From positions 1,728,001 to 1,792,000 of the forward strand of contig CBDCCI010000002.1 in assembly GCA_965214705.1 (NCBI GenBank): DNA of 64,000 nucleotides, given 5' to 3'. Below the pieces are notes generated by a model. That model did no database searches and was not told where the DNA came from. It saw only the letters and a list, made by a program, of their open reading frames with translations. A program made the position numbers and the translations under genes. Origin of the DNA: Alphaproteobacteria bacterium (lineage in GTDB: Bacteria > Pseudomonadota > Alphaproteobacteria > UBA828). Within the stretch, counting starts at the first letter, position 1; each line of letters starts with the position of its first letter. This document shows, one piece after another, positions 31,261-42,395 of the stretch.

Positions 31261-34257
31261 TCATCGGGGATTCGCATGTTCTGGCAGGATGACTGCCGCG
31301 GCCCGGTCTATGGCGGCAAAAACGCCCTGCTCGTCCAGCAGCGAGCGAATCCGACTCGATGCGGCGACCTGACCATATCGAGCGGTTTGCCGGGAGAGCC
31401 AAGTCCTAGCGGCCCGCTCAGCTCGATTGCACAGACGCGCCAGGTCGCGATGCACCTCGTCGGTGGCATCGTAGCGGGGGATCGGGATCGTGCGCCAGGG
31501 ATGTTGATGGAAGTCCCGGCCGCTCGTTCGAGATTCCTGGAATGCCCGCGACAGGCAAGGAGCATTCAGGAGTGCGGTCAGATATCCAGCTTCTCCGGCG
31601 CTGGCTGCGTTGAAGTAGTAGAGGGTGTCGTCAACGACAAACGACCTCGCTTGGCTCCGAGCTCCCCGCATGATGTCTCCCGACTTCGGATACAGGACGA
31701 GGGTTCGCCGTGTGCCCGCGCGGGCTAACTGCCCGGAGAGCTTGCCGTTGTGGTCAAGCTGCGCAATCAGCCTTTCCGGGGTATTGCGGCCGCGTCCGCG
31801 GAACTCGTCATAGGCGGCATCCAGAACCCGCCAGAAAGGAGAGAAGCGTTCGGGAGCCTCTTCCAGTTGCCCGTCGGCGTCCGTCGGGATGATCGCGCGC
31901 GGCAACTCTGGAAGGATTGCAAACGCGAACATCTCCTTCGAGGTCAGCAGCTCCCGAGCCCAGCGTGCGGGAACGACACCGGTCTGCGGCTCAAGTTCCG
32001 TCCAAGGCTCCTGTCTCGAAGGTACGGTAGTCACCGTTATTTCTTCATTCCGTGGCCCGTCGGCGATCTCGCCGACGACAAGAAGCACCCTGGGGCTCAC
32101 CGACGCCCCTTGCCGAAACGGAGTTCGGAGTTGCTTGTTGACATAGCCGGATGCCTGACGCGGTAGCGGCGCAGGCGAACCTTCGAATACGAGGATATTT
32201 CTTGCTTGATCGAGAGACGTGTGCGCCTCGGGTCTGCGGTCGGGACAGTAGGCCCAGAGCGCGCGAGCCACGTTACCGGGTGCGAGCGAAGCCGACGGTC
32301 TTCGCTCGAACAGGACACAGCATCGGCGGGCATCGCCCCCTCCGAACGGTCGTACGGCCTCAAGATCGAGCGATTGCGCCAGGATCGGTTCGTGCCATTC
32401 GCGAAATCTGGCCCAGCTTTCCGCCCGCAAGGCGGACTTCTTAACAATCCAGGCCGCCGGGTCATGGTCCGGGCTTGCGAGATACAGCTGCCGCGCACGT
32501 TTGATGAAGAGCTGGGCGATGTCGAAGTGCGGCGCATTCCTCCCGCCGGTCCAGAGATCGAGGTCCCTGTCGGCAAATTGCTCTAGATCTCGCTTGCGCA
32601 CTTCGGCCTGGATATCCGCCATGGAAACCCATGGAGGGTTGGCGACGATACGGTCGACCTTTTGGTCGGACAAGCGGACCGGGCCGGTGGTGTTGGCGAT
32701 GTACCAAGTCCACACGGAGTTCCCTTCCTTGGCGACGATCTCGATGAATGCGGCGTGGCACGCCTCTACTGCGGCCCGGTCGTCCTCTGGAACCGAATTG
32801 CCGATGTCGGCCGACAATGGCCGGCCCATGCTGGCTTCCTCGATAAGCCGACGCAGGTCGTCGGTGAAGGTCGGCAAGTCGACGAACGATCGCGGTAGCA
32901 GCAGTTCGCGCCCTTGCGGGGTCACAATCCGGATTTCCCCGTTCAGGGGACGGAAGAGCGACGTCTCGTCGTCCGCATTGACGAGCAGCGAGTCCCCCTC
33001 GTAGATCCGGATTCCCGCTTTCCCTCCTGGAGGTTCTGCAGGAAGGGCGCGGAGTAAAGTGGCCCGGGATATTTCCGCAGCTACCGGATGAACGTCGATA
33101 CCGTTTATCAGTCTCGCGACAACCGCGGCGCGTCTCGCGGCTGTATGGCCTTCAAGGGACGGTGTGCCGAGCAGGCGCTGCGCGGCGTAGTAGAGAATCG
33201 TCCCGGAGCCACATGCAGGATCGAGGAACCCGATGCCCTCCAATCGCCCCTGGTTCCGCTCATCCGCGATCGCTGCCGCAATGGCGCGATCGCACCAAGC
33301 CTCGTCGAGCAACTCCTCGACGATCAGACCGGCCAACCAATCCGGTGTGTAATATTCCCCAAAGACCTTACGGTCGCGTTCGCCGACGAAACGTTCGTAA
33401 AGCGGCCGAAGGACGTCTCCCCGCCGCCGGCGCCATTCATAGCCGTGGACCTGCTCCATGAGTCTTGCTGCCCACGTGCGACCACGGGTCGTTGCAAGAA
33501 TCCAGGCGACAATTCCGTCTACCAGCACGTCCGAGGGATTCGGAGCATCGTTCGGCTCGGCCAGTGTCTGCACCACGCCCCGGGCGAGAGCCACCAGAAA
33601 CGAATGAGTGACGAAGAGACGGTCTCGCGCCGCCTCGTTTTCCGGCTCCATGCTTGCGGTTCGGAGCATATCGAGCCACAGGTCTCTCTTCGTCCGTGTT
33701 TCCGCGAGATACGCGCCTCCCAGTTCCGAATAAATCGCCTGGAGCTCGTCGTGTGCGGGCTCGAAGAGGGGCCGCGGGTCCGAGGGAACCCATGGTTTTC
33801 CTATCGGGTCACCGCCGACGAGGGGACTGATGCGATGAATAAGGTCCTCGGCGCCCCTTGGCACGAACCCTTCGAGGAGTGTTCGGGCGCGCGTTTCGCG
33901 CTCGTTGTCGTAAACCCAGGCATGCCATACACGCCCGTCTGTCAGAATGCCCACCCACGGGCGCTCGGCACGTTCGTCGAACGCGAACATCTCCTTGTCA
34001 CGACGCAGTTCGCTCAGGACATAGCGCTCAAGCTGTTGCAGCGGCGATTCGTTGTTTTCCCGGGCCTGCGGTGCGTGGGGATCGCGCGCCAGTCCGCGAG
34101 CTTTCGTTTCGATGATCGTGCGCCGGCGTTGAAGGTAGAGGTCAGCCGGACCACCAGGAGTGGGGTACGAGAGGGTGTAGTCGACATCGAAGGAGCCGAG
34201 AAAATCCCCAACATTGCGCCGAACATTGTCCTCATGAAGCCTCGGTGACGCGTCCAA
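31261..34257 (-). CDS. Type IIG-like restriction-modification enzyme (nuclease + N6 methyltransferase + TRD), 5' end probably lost
   Basis: N-terminal ADL..IIETK..ILTDGRVW; GEYYTP, FLDPACGSGT, VANPPW. Confidence 0.8.
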   Translation of the reverse strand: MDASPRLHEDNVRRNVGDFLGSFDVDYTLSYPTPGGPADLYLQRRRTIIETKARGLARDPHAPQARENNESPLQQLERYVLSELRRDKEMFAFDERAERPWVGILTDGRVWHAWVYDNERETRARTLLEGFVPRGAEDLIHRISPLVGGDPIGKPWVPSDPRPLFEPAHDELQAIYSELGGAYLAETRTKRDLWLDMLRTASMEPENEAARDRLFVTHSFLVALARGVVQTLAEPNDAPNPSDVLVDGIVAWILATTRGRTWAARLMEQVHGYEWRRRRGDVLRPLYERFVGERDRKVFGEYYTPDWLAGLIVEELLDEAWCDRAIAAAIADERNQGRLEGIGFLDPACGSGTILYYAAQRLLGTPSLEGHTAARRAAVVARLINGIDVHPVAAEISRATLLRALPAEPPGGKAGIRIYEGDSLLVNADDETSLFRPLNGEIRIVTPQGRELLLPRSFVDLPTFTDDLRRLIEEASMGRPLSADIGNSVPEDDRAAVEACHAAFIEIVAKEGNSVWTWYIANTTGPVRLSDQKVDRIVANPPWVSMADIQAEVRKRDLEQFADRDLDLWTGGRNAPHFDIAQLFIKRARQLYLASPDHDPAAWIVKKSALRAESWARFREWHEPILAQSLDLEAVRPFGGGDARRCCVLFERRPSASLAPGNVARALWAYCPDRRPEAHTSLDQARNILVFEGSPAPLPRQASGYVNKQLRTPFRQGASVSPRVLLVVGEIADGPRNEEITVTTVPSRQEPWTELEPQTGVVPARWARELLTSKEMFAFAILPELPRAIIPTDADGQLEEAPERFSPFWRVLDAAYDEFRGRGRNTPERLIAQLDHNGKLSGQLARAGTRRTLVLYPKSGDIMRGARSQARSFVVDDTLYYFNAASAGEAGYLTALLNAPCLSRAFQESRTSGRDFHQHPWRTIPIPRYDATDEVHRDLARLCNRAERAARTWLSRQTARYGQVAASSRIRSLLDEQGVFAAIDRAAAVILPEHANPR

Positions 34258-34371
34258 AAGCTGCTGGGCCGCCTCGATGGTCCAGTGCCCGCGATTGAGG
34301 GTGAGCAGGCGTTCCGGCGATGCGGCCTGCGGGGTCAGGCTGGTGACGCCGTAAGCCGTCTCGCAGCTCCT

Positions 34372-34700
34372 TTTATGAGGCTGTGGAAGTCAAGGAACGA
34401 AGCCTCTGTCTACCTCATGTGGAGCCCTCCCTGGGTTGGCAGTATCTTCGGCAGCTTTCGCCGGGTCGAAACGCTTCTTGCATCGGTCGCGCCTCAAGTA
34501 CGCATACCCACCTTTTATCCGGGCGGTTGTCGGCAAGGGTGTGCCGAATCCGTCCCCCAATCCCGCTTGCTGCGGGCGCAGCGTTCCGGAGGCGGGACCC
34601 ATCTCTTGCCCGGCGTATTTCAGCCCGCGAGCAACCCGGCCACACGCCACCCGGCCCAGCGCCTGCCGCGTCCGGCCGGGCTGGAACAGTGCGGTCTCGG
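34372..34700 (-). ncRNA. Putative seek/bridge RNA region of IS1111 copy 1
   Basis: Long non-coding end downstream of the recombinase; motif cgttccgg..cgggacccatct shared with 38889-39234. Confidence 0.55.
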
Positions 34701-35959
34701 TGTCAGGCGAGCTTGGCGCCCGTCGGCACGAGACCGGTCCCGGAGAACCGCCACAGCGCGATGAGCAGCTTGCGGGCGAGCGCCACGATCATCACTCGGC
34801 GAATGCGGCCCCGAGCTCCGGCGGTGCGTTCCTCGAACCACTTGCTGAGCACGCTGTCGGGTTGATGGCGCAACCAGCGCCACGCCATTTGGATGAGGAG
34901 GGCACGGATCCAGGCCGGACCGTCGCGGCCGATCCCCTGATCGCGTTGCACGTCCCCGCTTGCCCATGGGGTCGGCGTCAACCCGACCCAGCTCGCAAGC
35001 TCACGGCGGTTGTGGAAGTCGCGGTAGAAGATCTCGTGCTCAAGCAGCGTCGCGTCGTTCGCGCCGATCCCCTTCAGCTGGGTCAACGTCGCGATCTTGG
35101 CCGCCGCCTTCTCCTGGCTTCCCTCCGGGGCGACCGGCGCCGGGATAGCCTCGCCCTGGCGGGCAACCGCATCTCGCTCCGCCTCGACTTCCGCGATCTG
35201 CCGCTGCACGAGCGACAGCCGCTCCACAAGCCGAAGGATCTCCTGGCGAGCCCGCGGCGGGAACGGCGATCCATATGCGGTCACCGTGTCCGCGAACGTC
35301 TCCTCGAACCCTTTGGCGCGGGGGTCCAGGTCGAAGATGCCGTGCAGCTTCAGCAGCCCCTTGATCGAGTTGGTCAGCGAGGTCCGCTCCTTCACCAGGC
35401 GCCGGCGCTCGCGAAGCAGCCGCTTGCGATCCTCCTCCTCGACGCTCGGAACCCGCACCTGGCTCAGCACCGCAGCATCGCCCCGGTCGTGCGCGAGCAG
35501 CGCACGTACCATCTTCTTCGCGTCGATCCGATCCGTCTTGCGCTGCTTCGCCTTCCGGTTCACCAACAGGCTCGCCGGATCGAGCACCACCGTCTCGATG
35601 GACATCTCCCGGTCCAGCCAGCGCTCCAGCCAGAAGCCCTCGTAGCCCGCCTCGTAGCAGCACAGAACGCGCACCTCTCGGTCGAGAGCCCGTTCAGCCT
35701 TGGCCCGCTGCTTCTCGATCAGATCCCTGAGGCCTTCCGTGTCCGCCGGCCCGAGCGAGTGCAGGCCGATCTTTTCGCTGGTCGGGCTCTTGACCCCAAC
35801 CACCCAGCTCTTCCGGCTGACCTCAATCGCCACGTACAGCGTGTCATGCTCCGCCTCGGCCGGCGCAGCGGTCTCGTTCAATGAGGACATATCGTGTCTC
35901 CTTATGAGGATTGGTCAGAACGGCACCGTAGCGCCGGTCTTCGAGTCGCCTCATAGGAT
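34372..35959 (-). mobile_element. IS110-family, IS1111-type element; recombinase 34703..35890
   Basis: AIEVS, CYEAG, KTDRIDA, GLTPTPWASG; subterminal IR tatgagg/cctcata; CT dinucleotide on both flanks; 330-bp downstream non-coding end. Confidence 0.92.
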
Positions 35960-36297
35960 CTCTTGCCGGATTTGACGTGCCGGGTTTCGCGCCGCACGGC
36001 GAAGATCTGTCCGACGCCGGGGAAGTTGAGGTAGTCGTTGAGCTCGCTGGAGACCCAGATGGAGCGCCGCTCGCGGCGGCCGTGCTCGGGCTTGGGGCTC
36101 TCGTCCGCGAAGTCCGGCGCGCGGCCTGCGATGGCCTCGTCGAGAGTGAGCCGGATGTCGTCGAGCAAGGTGGGCTGGTTGCCCTTGACGGTGAACAGAT
36201 AGTCGGCGCCGCGGTCGCGCAGATAGGAGGCCAGCGCGCGCTGGGTGAGCAGAGCATCGGCGGTGACGGTGCGGCCCGCGATGTCGGGCACCGTCTC

Positions 36298-36320
36298 GAT
36301 ACCCGGATCAAGTCCGGGCA
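36298..36320. repeat. Alphaproteobacterial REP-like palindrome inside the ISAs1 ORF
   Basis: - strand tgcccggacttgatccgggtatc; adds PGLDPG in frame. Confidence 0.55.
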
Positions 36321-38888
36321 GGGGGATGATGGTGCCGATCTCGTTGGTGCGCTTCTCCCCTTCGTCGGCGTCGGGCCTCATGCCGACTTTTTTGACCCCA
36401 GGGCGCCTTGGTGTCGTGGCCTATGATGCCGAGCACATGAGCCTGCGTGCCATCGTCATCGATGGCGCCGCGGATGGTCTTGCCGTCGATGGCCAGCGCG
36501 CTGTCGCCCGAGCCGTGGGCCTCGTGCCAGGCCCTGAGCGCGGCGTCGAGCTGGACCGGATCGACGCGGATCAGCAGGCTGCGCATCGCCGACAGGCTGG
36601 GCGGGCGGTACCGGCCGTCGCGGCGGCGCACGCGGAAGCGCTGCAGCACCCTGGGACTGAGGTCGTCGACCCATTCGCTGATCGCCTTGTAGCCGCGCAT
36701 GCCACAGAACGTCGCGGCGGCGGCGAGCGCCAGTACCGTGGGCAGCGCATGGCGCCGGCCCTGGCGGCGGCGGGGATCGTCGATGCCCTGGAAGAACTCG
36801 GGGAGGGATCGCATCTGTGCGGCGGTGAGCGTCATCTTCGGCACTCCATGTCGCAGACGGGGGTCGAGATCGTCGGCCCGCAGCCGGGCCCGCGCGGTGC
36901 GGGACAGGGGAAGAAGGAACACGCGCTTGGGCCGTGCGTGCTCGCTGTAGCCGGCCCCGCCGCGAGCGAAGCCGCGGGTGCGCCCGACCTCGATCCAGTT
37001 GGCCGCGCGGTAGACCGTACCCCGGAAGAGCGCCGGGTCCACGAACGTCTCCGCCAGCAGCACGTCGTGACCGAAGCGGATCGGCCAATCCCTCACCAGA
37101 CGGCGCGTGCACAAAGACAGCACCCGCGAGCCGAGATTGCGCTCACCGCCGGGCAGGATCAGGAAGCGCGAGTTGTTGGTGACCAGGTGAAGACGACCGA
37201 ACTGAAGGCCGCGGTCCCAGCCAATCCAGCGATCGCGCGCACCGCACTTCAGCGCCGGTGCCGAGAAGACCGCCAACGCCAGCCATCGCCCCCGATGGTG
37301 CGCGACATAGCGCACGGTCTCGCCCATCCCCGGCACCGCGCCGAGGTAGTGGTGTGTCTGCATCAAGTCGCGGAAGCGGGCCTCGTCCTCCGCCGCCACG
37401 ATGTCGACCACCACCTCCGATAGAGCTGCCACAGCTTGCCAGTCCCCACGGCTGCCTCGCGGCACTCATATCAGGACACGGGGAGCAAGTTCACTATTTC
37501 AGGCAACTCGCTGGAGGGCCTAGCCAAGGGTTAAGGGTTGGGCAGGCTCTCTCTCGAGAGCCTGCCCAACCCTTTTGAACGGAGGCGCGGGCCACGAGAG
37601 GCGAAGTTGAGCTATGTGGAAAGTGCGCTGATGTCAGCGTCAGGCGGCATCCACCGGCAGCAGAGTTGCGCATGAGATCGACGCTCGCGCCGGCCTTTCG
37701 GCAGGCATGCGGGCGCACGCTGCGAGGACTGAGCGGGGTGTGAGCCGAGGGCTGTCAGCCCGGCCCAAGCGGAGACAGGTTCGGTCGTGCGTCGGCGCTT
37801 TGGCGCCGTTGCGCGGGGCCGAAGCGAGCGGGCGTCTCACGGTTTCCCCCTGTGGGTCGGCGGCACGGCCGGCGGACCGCGCGTCGAGCGGGGCTCATGG
37901 CGGCGGCGGATTTCGCGGACGAGGCGCATGACGCCGCCGCAGTGGGGGCAGGCCACGGGCGCGGTGTCGATCACGGTCTCTTCGTCGGGCTCGGCCCGAG
38001 CGCCGCCCACGCTTTCCTCGGGGACGGCGCAGCCGAGGGCGCCGAGAGTCTGGCGTGCTCTCTCCAGCGTGCTGGCGCGACAGCCGTTGGCGAGAATGCC
38101 GAAGTAGCGGATGCGGTGCATGCCGTCCGGCAGGACGTGCATCAGGAAGCGGCGGATGAACTCGTCTGCGCTCACGGTGGCGATGCCGTAGCGCGGCTTT
38201 CTCTGCCCCGGCGCCTTCGGCTTGCGGTGGCGGAAGGAGACCGTCTCGCCGTCGAAGGAGACGATGCAGCTGTCGGAGATGGCGATTCTGTGAGTGTAGT
38301 GCGACAGGTACCGGAAGACCTGCTCAGGCCCGCGGAAGGGCCGCTTGGCGTAGACCACCCAGTCCCTGGCCCGGGCGGCGGCAAGCGTGGCGTGGAACTC
38401 GCCGGGATTGGCGAGGTGGGCGAGGGTGCCGTGGAACTCCAGGTCCCCCCGGCCGTGGGCGCGGGCGAGCTCCTCGAGGAAGAGGCGGCGGAACAGGCTG
38501 CCGAGGACCTTGACGGGGGCGAGGAAGGTGGTGCTCCCCGTCTTCCACTCGCCGCTGTCTACGTCGAAGCCCGCGTTGGGCACGACCACGTGCAGGTGCG
38601 GGTGGAAGCGGAGCTTCTGATCCCAGGTATGGAGGACCGCTGTGCCGCCGATGCGCATGCCACCGTGGTGGGGATCGGCGGCGATGGTGCGCAGGGTCTC
38701 GGCGACGGCCCGGAAGAGGATGTCGAACACCACCCTTCGGTTGCAGAAGGCAATGGCGGCGACCTCCTTGGGCAGGGTGAAGACCACATGGAAGTAGGGC
38801 ACCGGCAGGATGTCCCCGGCGCGGGCCTCGCTCCAGAGGTTGGCGGCGAGACCCTGGCAGGTCGGGCAGTGGCGGTTGCGGCAGGAGT

Positions 38889-39234
38889 ACTTATGAGCTC
38901 TCTCTGCAAGGCCCGACTTCATCTACGTGAATGGCATTCGTGATCTCCCCATTCGCATCCGCGGCCGATGTCCAGGCAGAACGTCTTTTCCACGCAGCAG
39001 CTTGTCACGCTGCTCAGCTCTTATCCGGTTCGGAACTCCGGCTCTCGCCGGCTCCGCGACCCCAATACCGCATCCAGGCGGTGACGACGTTCCGGGAGAC
39101 GGGACCCATCTGTAGAACGGTGCCATTCGGCGACCCAACTCTTGCCCGGTCACACGCCTTGCCCGGCATCCTCCGCGGTCGCGTCCGACCACGTCGGAAC
39201 CTCCTGCTCTCTCCTTCTCGTTCGGCCAACGCCG
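38889..39234 (-). ncRNA. Putative seek/bridge RNA region of IS1111 copy 2
   Basis: About 345-bp non-coding end with motifs conserved against 34372-34700. Confidence 0.55.
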
Positions 39235-40537
39235 TCAGGAGACGATGGCGCCCTCGGGCACCAGTCCCTGGGTGGCATAGCGCCACAGCGCGATCAGCAG
39301 CTTGCGCGCGACCCCCACGATCGCTCGCTTCCTCGCTCGCCGGTCCCTCCCGCCACCGGCGTCCCTGGCAACGTAGGCATGGAACCACTTTGTGATCGCG
39401 CTTTCCGGTTGCAGTTTCAGCCAGCGCCAGGCCATCTGGATCATGTGTTTCCTGACATGCGAGGGGCCGGCCTTGCTGATGCCGAGATCGTGGTCAACAT
39501 CTCCGCTCGCCCACGGCACCGACGTCAACCCGGCCCAACTGCCCAGCTCGCGCCGATTTCGGAAGTCCCGATAGAACACCTCGCCGGCCAGCAGCGTCGC
39601 GTCGTTGAGGCCGATGCCGTGAATGCGCGTGAGCGCCGCAATCATCGCCGTTCCGTCGCGATCGGACGCGTCCTGGGCTTTCCGGCCAGCCTTCAGCAGG
39701 GCCCTCTTCTCGGCCTCGATCGTGTCGATTTGGCCCTCAATCAGGCGAAGCATCGACGACGCCCTCTCGATCTCCGCCCGCGCCCGCGGCGGCAGCGGCG
39801 CTCCATAGCCCGTCCGTGCGGGCGCGAGCCGTTCGAGAAAGTCCGGCTTGCGCGGCGCCAGATCGAAGATGCCGTGCAGCTGCAAAAGCCCCTTGATCCG
39901 ATTGTTGAGGCGGGTGCGCTCACTGACCAGCGTGTCCCTCTCGCGTAGCAGGCGCCTGGCGTCCTCCCGGTCCACATCCGGCACGCGCACCCAGGACATG
40001 GCCTCCGAATCGCCCTGGTCCCACGCCTTCAGTGCGCGAACCATCCTCCTCGCATCGATACGATCGGTCTTTTTCTTCTTGGCGCGCCGGTTCACCCGCA
40101 GGCTCGCCGGATCGTTCATGAAGATATCGATCTCCGCGTCACGGCGCTCGATATCGCGGGCCAGCCAGAACCCCTCGTAGCCCGCCTCGTAGGTCAGCAT
40201 TACCCGCGGACGGGCGCCCAACTCCCTCGCCACCCGTTCCCGCACCGACCCGACGAGATCCAACAGTGCCGCCGTGTCGGCAGCGGCCAGTGTGTGGATG
40301 CTGATGCTGCCGCCCGAGGCATCCGGGCAATGCACGCCCACAATCCACGATTTGAGGCTGATCTCCACCGCAACGTAAATCGTGCTATGAGTTGCGCCTG
40401 TCAGCGCGGTCGTGTCTGGACCATTCGACATCCGTCCGCTCCGTTGTTGACGATCTCTCTCGGAGAGAAGGTGCTGGCCTTCTCTCCGAGTTTCTTTAGC
40501 CGTCAGACTCGATTCGGTGCCACCCGCTCATGGTATC
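38889..40537 (-). mobile_element. IS110-family, IS1111-type element; recombinase 39235..40431
   Basis: Removal restores ctcttca|actcctgc (LFNSC); subterminal IR atgagc/gctcat; YEAG, KTDRIDA, WASG. Confidence 0.92.
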
Positions 40538-41923
40538 TGAAGAGCGGATGCTCGCGCCCGCAGCCCTCGCAGGCGTACATGTGGCCGCCGAGCACGGCGG
40601 TGCGGCACGCCTCGATGGCGCCCATGACCTTGAGCCGGGCGGCGTCGATGCGCCCTTTGTGGCGCTCACGGAAAGCGGCGCCGGCGCGGCGGAGGATCTC
40701 CGCCACGCCCGCGCGTTCGGCCTCCACGCGCCGTCAGTTGCGCAACGCTGCGAAGCCTGAGATCGGGTGGTCGAGGCCCTCGAACATCTTGCCGGTGACG
40801 CGGGCGTAGTGACGGGTCGTGTTCGCGCTTCGATGGCCGAGCATGTCCCGGATCACCTCGATATCGCCGCCGCGCTCGAGGAGATGGGTCGCCGCCGAAT
40901 GGCGCAGGCAATGGAAGGTGTAGCTGCGGTCGAGCTCGGCAATGTCGCGCGCCCTCCTGAAGGCGGCCTGCAAGGTCTCCGTTGCGATGGGCCTGTCGAG
41001 CGAGACGCCGTAGAAGAGCCAGCTCGTCGGACGCGGCCAGATGTTCCTGTAGTAGGCGCGCAAGTAGTGGATGACGCTGTCCGGCAACGGTGCCATTCTC
41101 TCGGTGCCGCCTTTGCCGGAGGGGATGTGCAGCAGCTTCTTCTCCGACAGGATGTCGCCGACCTTGATGGCCAAGGTCTCGGAGATGCGGAGCCCGCCGC
41201 CATAGCCGGTGACAATGGCAGCACGGTGGCGGAGGTCGGGCGTCGCAAGGATGAGGTGCTCGACCTCCTGCTCCGACATGTAGCGCGGCAGCTTGCCGGG
41301 CTTCTTGCGGGAGCGCAGGCCGGCGACGTGGTCAGGCCAGCCGAGTGTGTCGATGTAGAGGAAGTTCAGCGCGGCGAAGGAGACGTTGGTCGTGCCCGGA
41401 CTGAGCCCCTTGTCGATCCGCCCCAGGTACCACTGGCGCACCTGCTCGGCGTCGAGCTCGTCCGGCGAGGCGTCGTAGTACCTGGCCAGGTTCTTGATCT
41501 CGCAGATGTAGGCCTTGGACGTGCTCGCGGCCAGATTGGCGATGCGGAGCTGCTCCTCCATGCGCTGGCGAAGAGGGGTGACGGTGTTCGTGTCGCACGC
41601 GGTCCCGGTCATTATCGATCTCCCTGGATCGCGACGGCGCGCCGCCGGACCGATCCGGCGACGGTCCGTCGCAGGGGTCGATGCTAACCACTGGTGATCG
41701 GGAGGCTGCTGGGGATCCGCCACTCGACGGGCGGAGCGCCACTGACGCAACCGGGAAGCGAACGCACAGGGCAAACGGCACCCGCGACGCCTCGGAAATG
41801 AATGAACTCTACGCCGCTAACTCCGCGTAGCGGCTTCGTTCTAAAGCCGAAGTACAAATCCGCCCTGGCAGGAATCTCGCGCAGGATGACGACATTGGTC
41901 AGATGTGGTAGCCTGTGGCCGTT

Positions 41924-41994
41924 CTCTTCACGGGGCCTCTTCACGGGGCCTCTTTACGGGGCCTCTTTACGGGGCCTCTTTACGGGGCCTCTTT
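41924..41994 (+). repeat. 13-bp tandem repeat (ctcttYacggggc) x5.5
   Basis: Direct reading; ends 32 bp upstream of the lipoprotein ATG. Confidence 0.95.
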
Positions 41995-42395
41995 GAAGCG
42001 CGTTCGGGAGGGAGGCCCTGAAATCCATGACTACAAAAATCAGGAATTTACCGCTTGTGGCGGTGGCAGCGTTGGTGCTGACCGTGTCCGCATGCGGGGG
42101 TGGCGGCCCGGCCACCGACGGCGATGACATGATGCCCGGTGACGGCGACGGCATGACGCCTGGTGATGGCGATGGAATGATGCCGGGCGACGGCGACGGA
42201 ATGGTGACCGAATACGGGCACGGGTTGGAAGCCAGCCCCCTGTCCTCGCCGACTGCCTCGAGCGCGACGGATTCGCTGGAGAATTTGGATGCCGCCGAGA
42301 CGGCGTTTGCGCCTGTAACGGCGCCCGTCAAGATCACGTCGGACGACATGGGCCAGGCAGGCGTCGTGTTGCTGGAGGACGACGAAGAGGCGTAA

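Larger units (their letters stand above)
34265..37465 (-). mobile_element. ISAs1-family element with N-terminal DUF4338-like domain; -1 frameshift, interrupted by IS1111, 3'-truncated
   Basis: HHYLG..ETFVD..GTVYRAANW (DUF4338); DPRRRQGRRH, AIDGKT, TADALLTQ, VKGNQP; resumes ETAYGVTSL...RGHWTIE at 34370-34273; caaaaaag slip site near 36390. Confidence 0.82.
37529..41841 (-). mobile_element. YR-HUH element copy D (recombinase 41612..40734; transposase split by IS1111)
   Basis: 4313 bp minus the 1649-bp IS1111 gives 2664 bp; more diverged than copies B, C and E. Confidence 0.92.

Noticed and set aside
36850-37465. Druantia defence system (DUF4338 is annotated as DruA)
   Set aside because: The domain is fused to an ISAs1 transposase and no DruE-like helicase or other dru genes are present
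41924-41994. Possible CRISPR array
   Set aside because: The 13-bp units are contiguous with no spacers, and there are no cas genes
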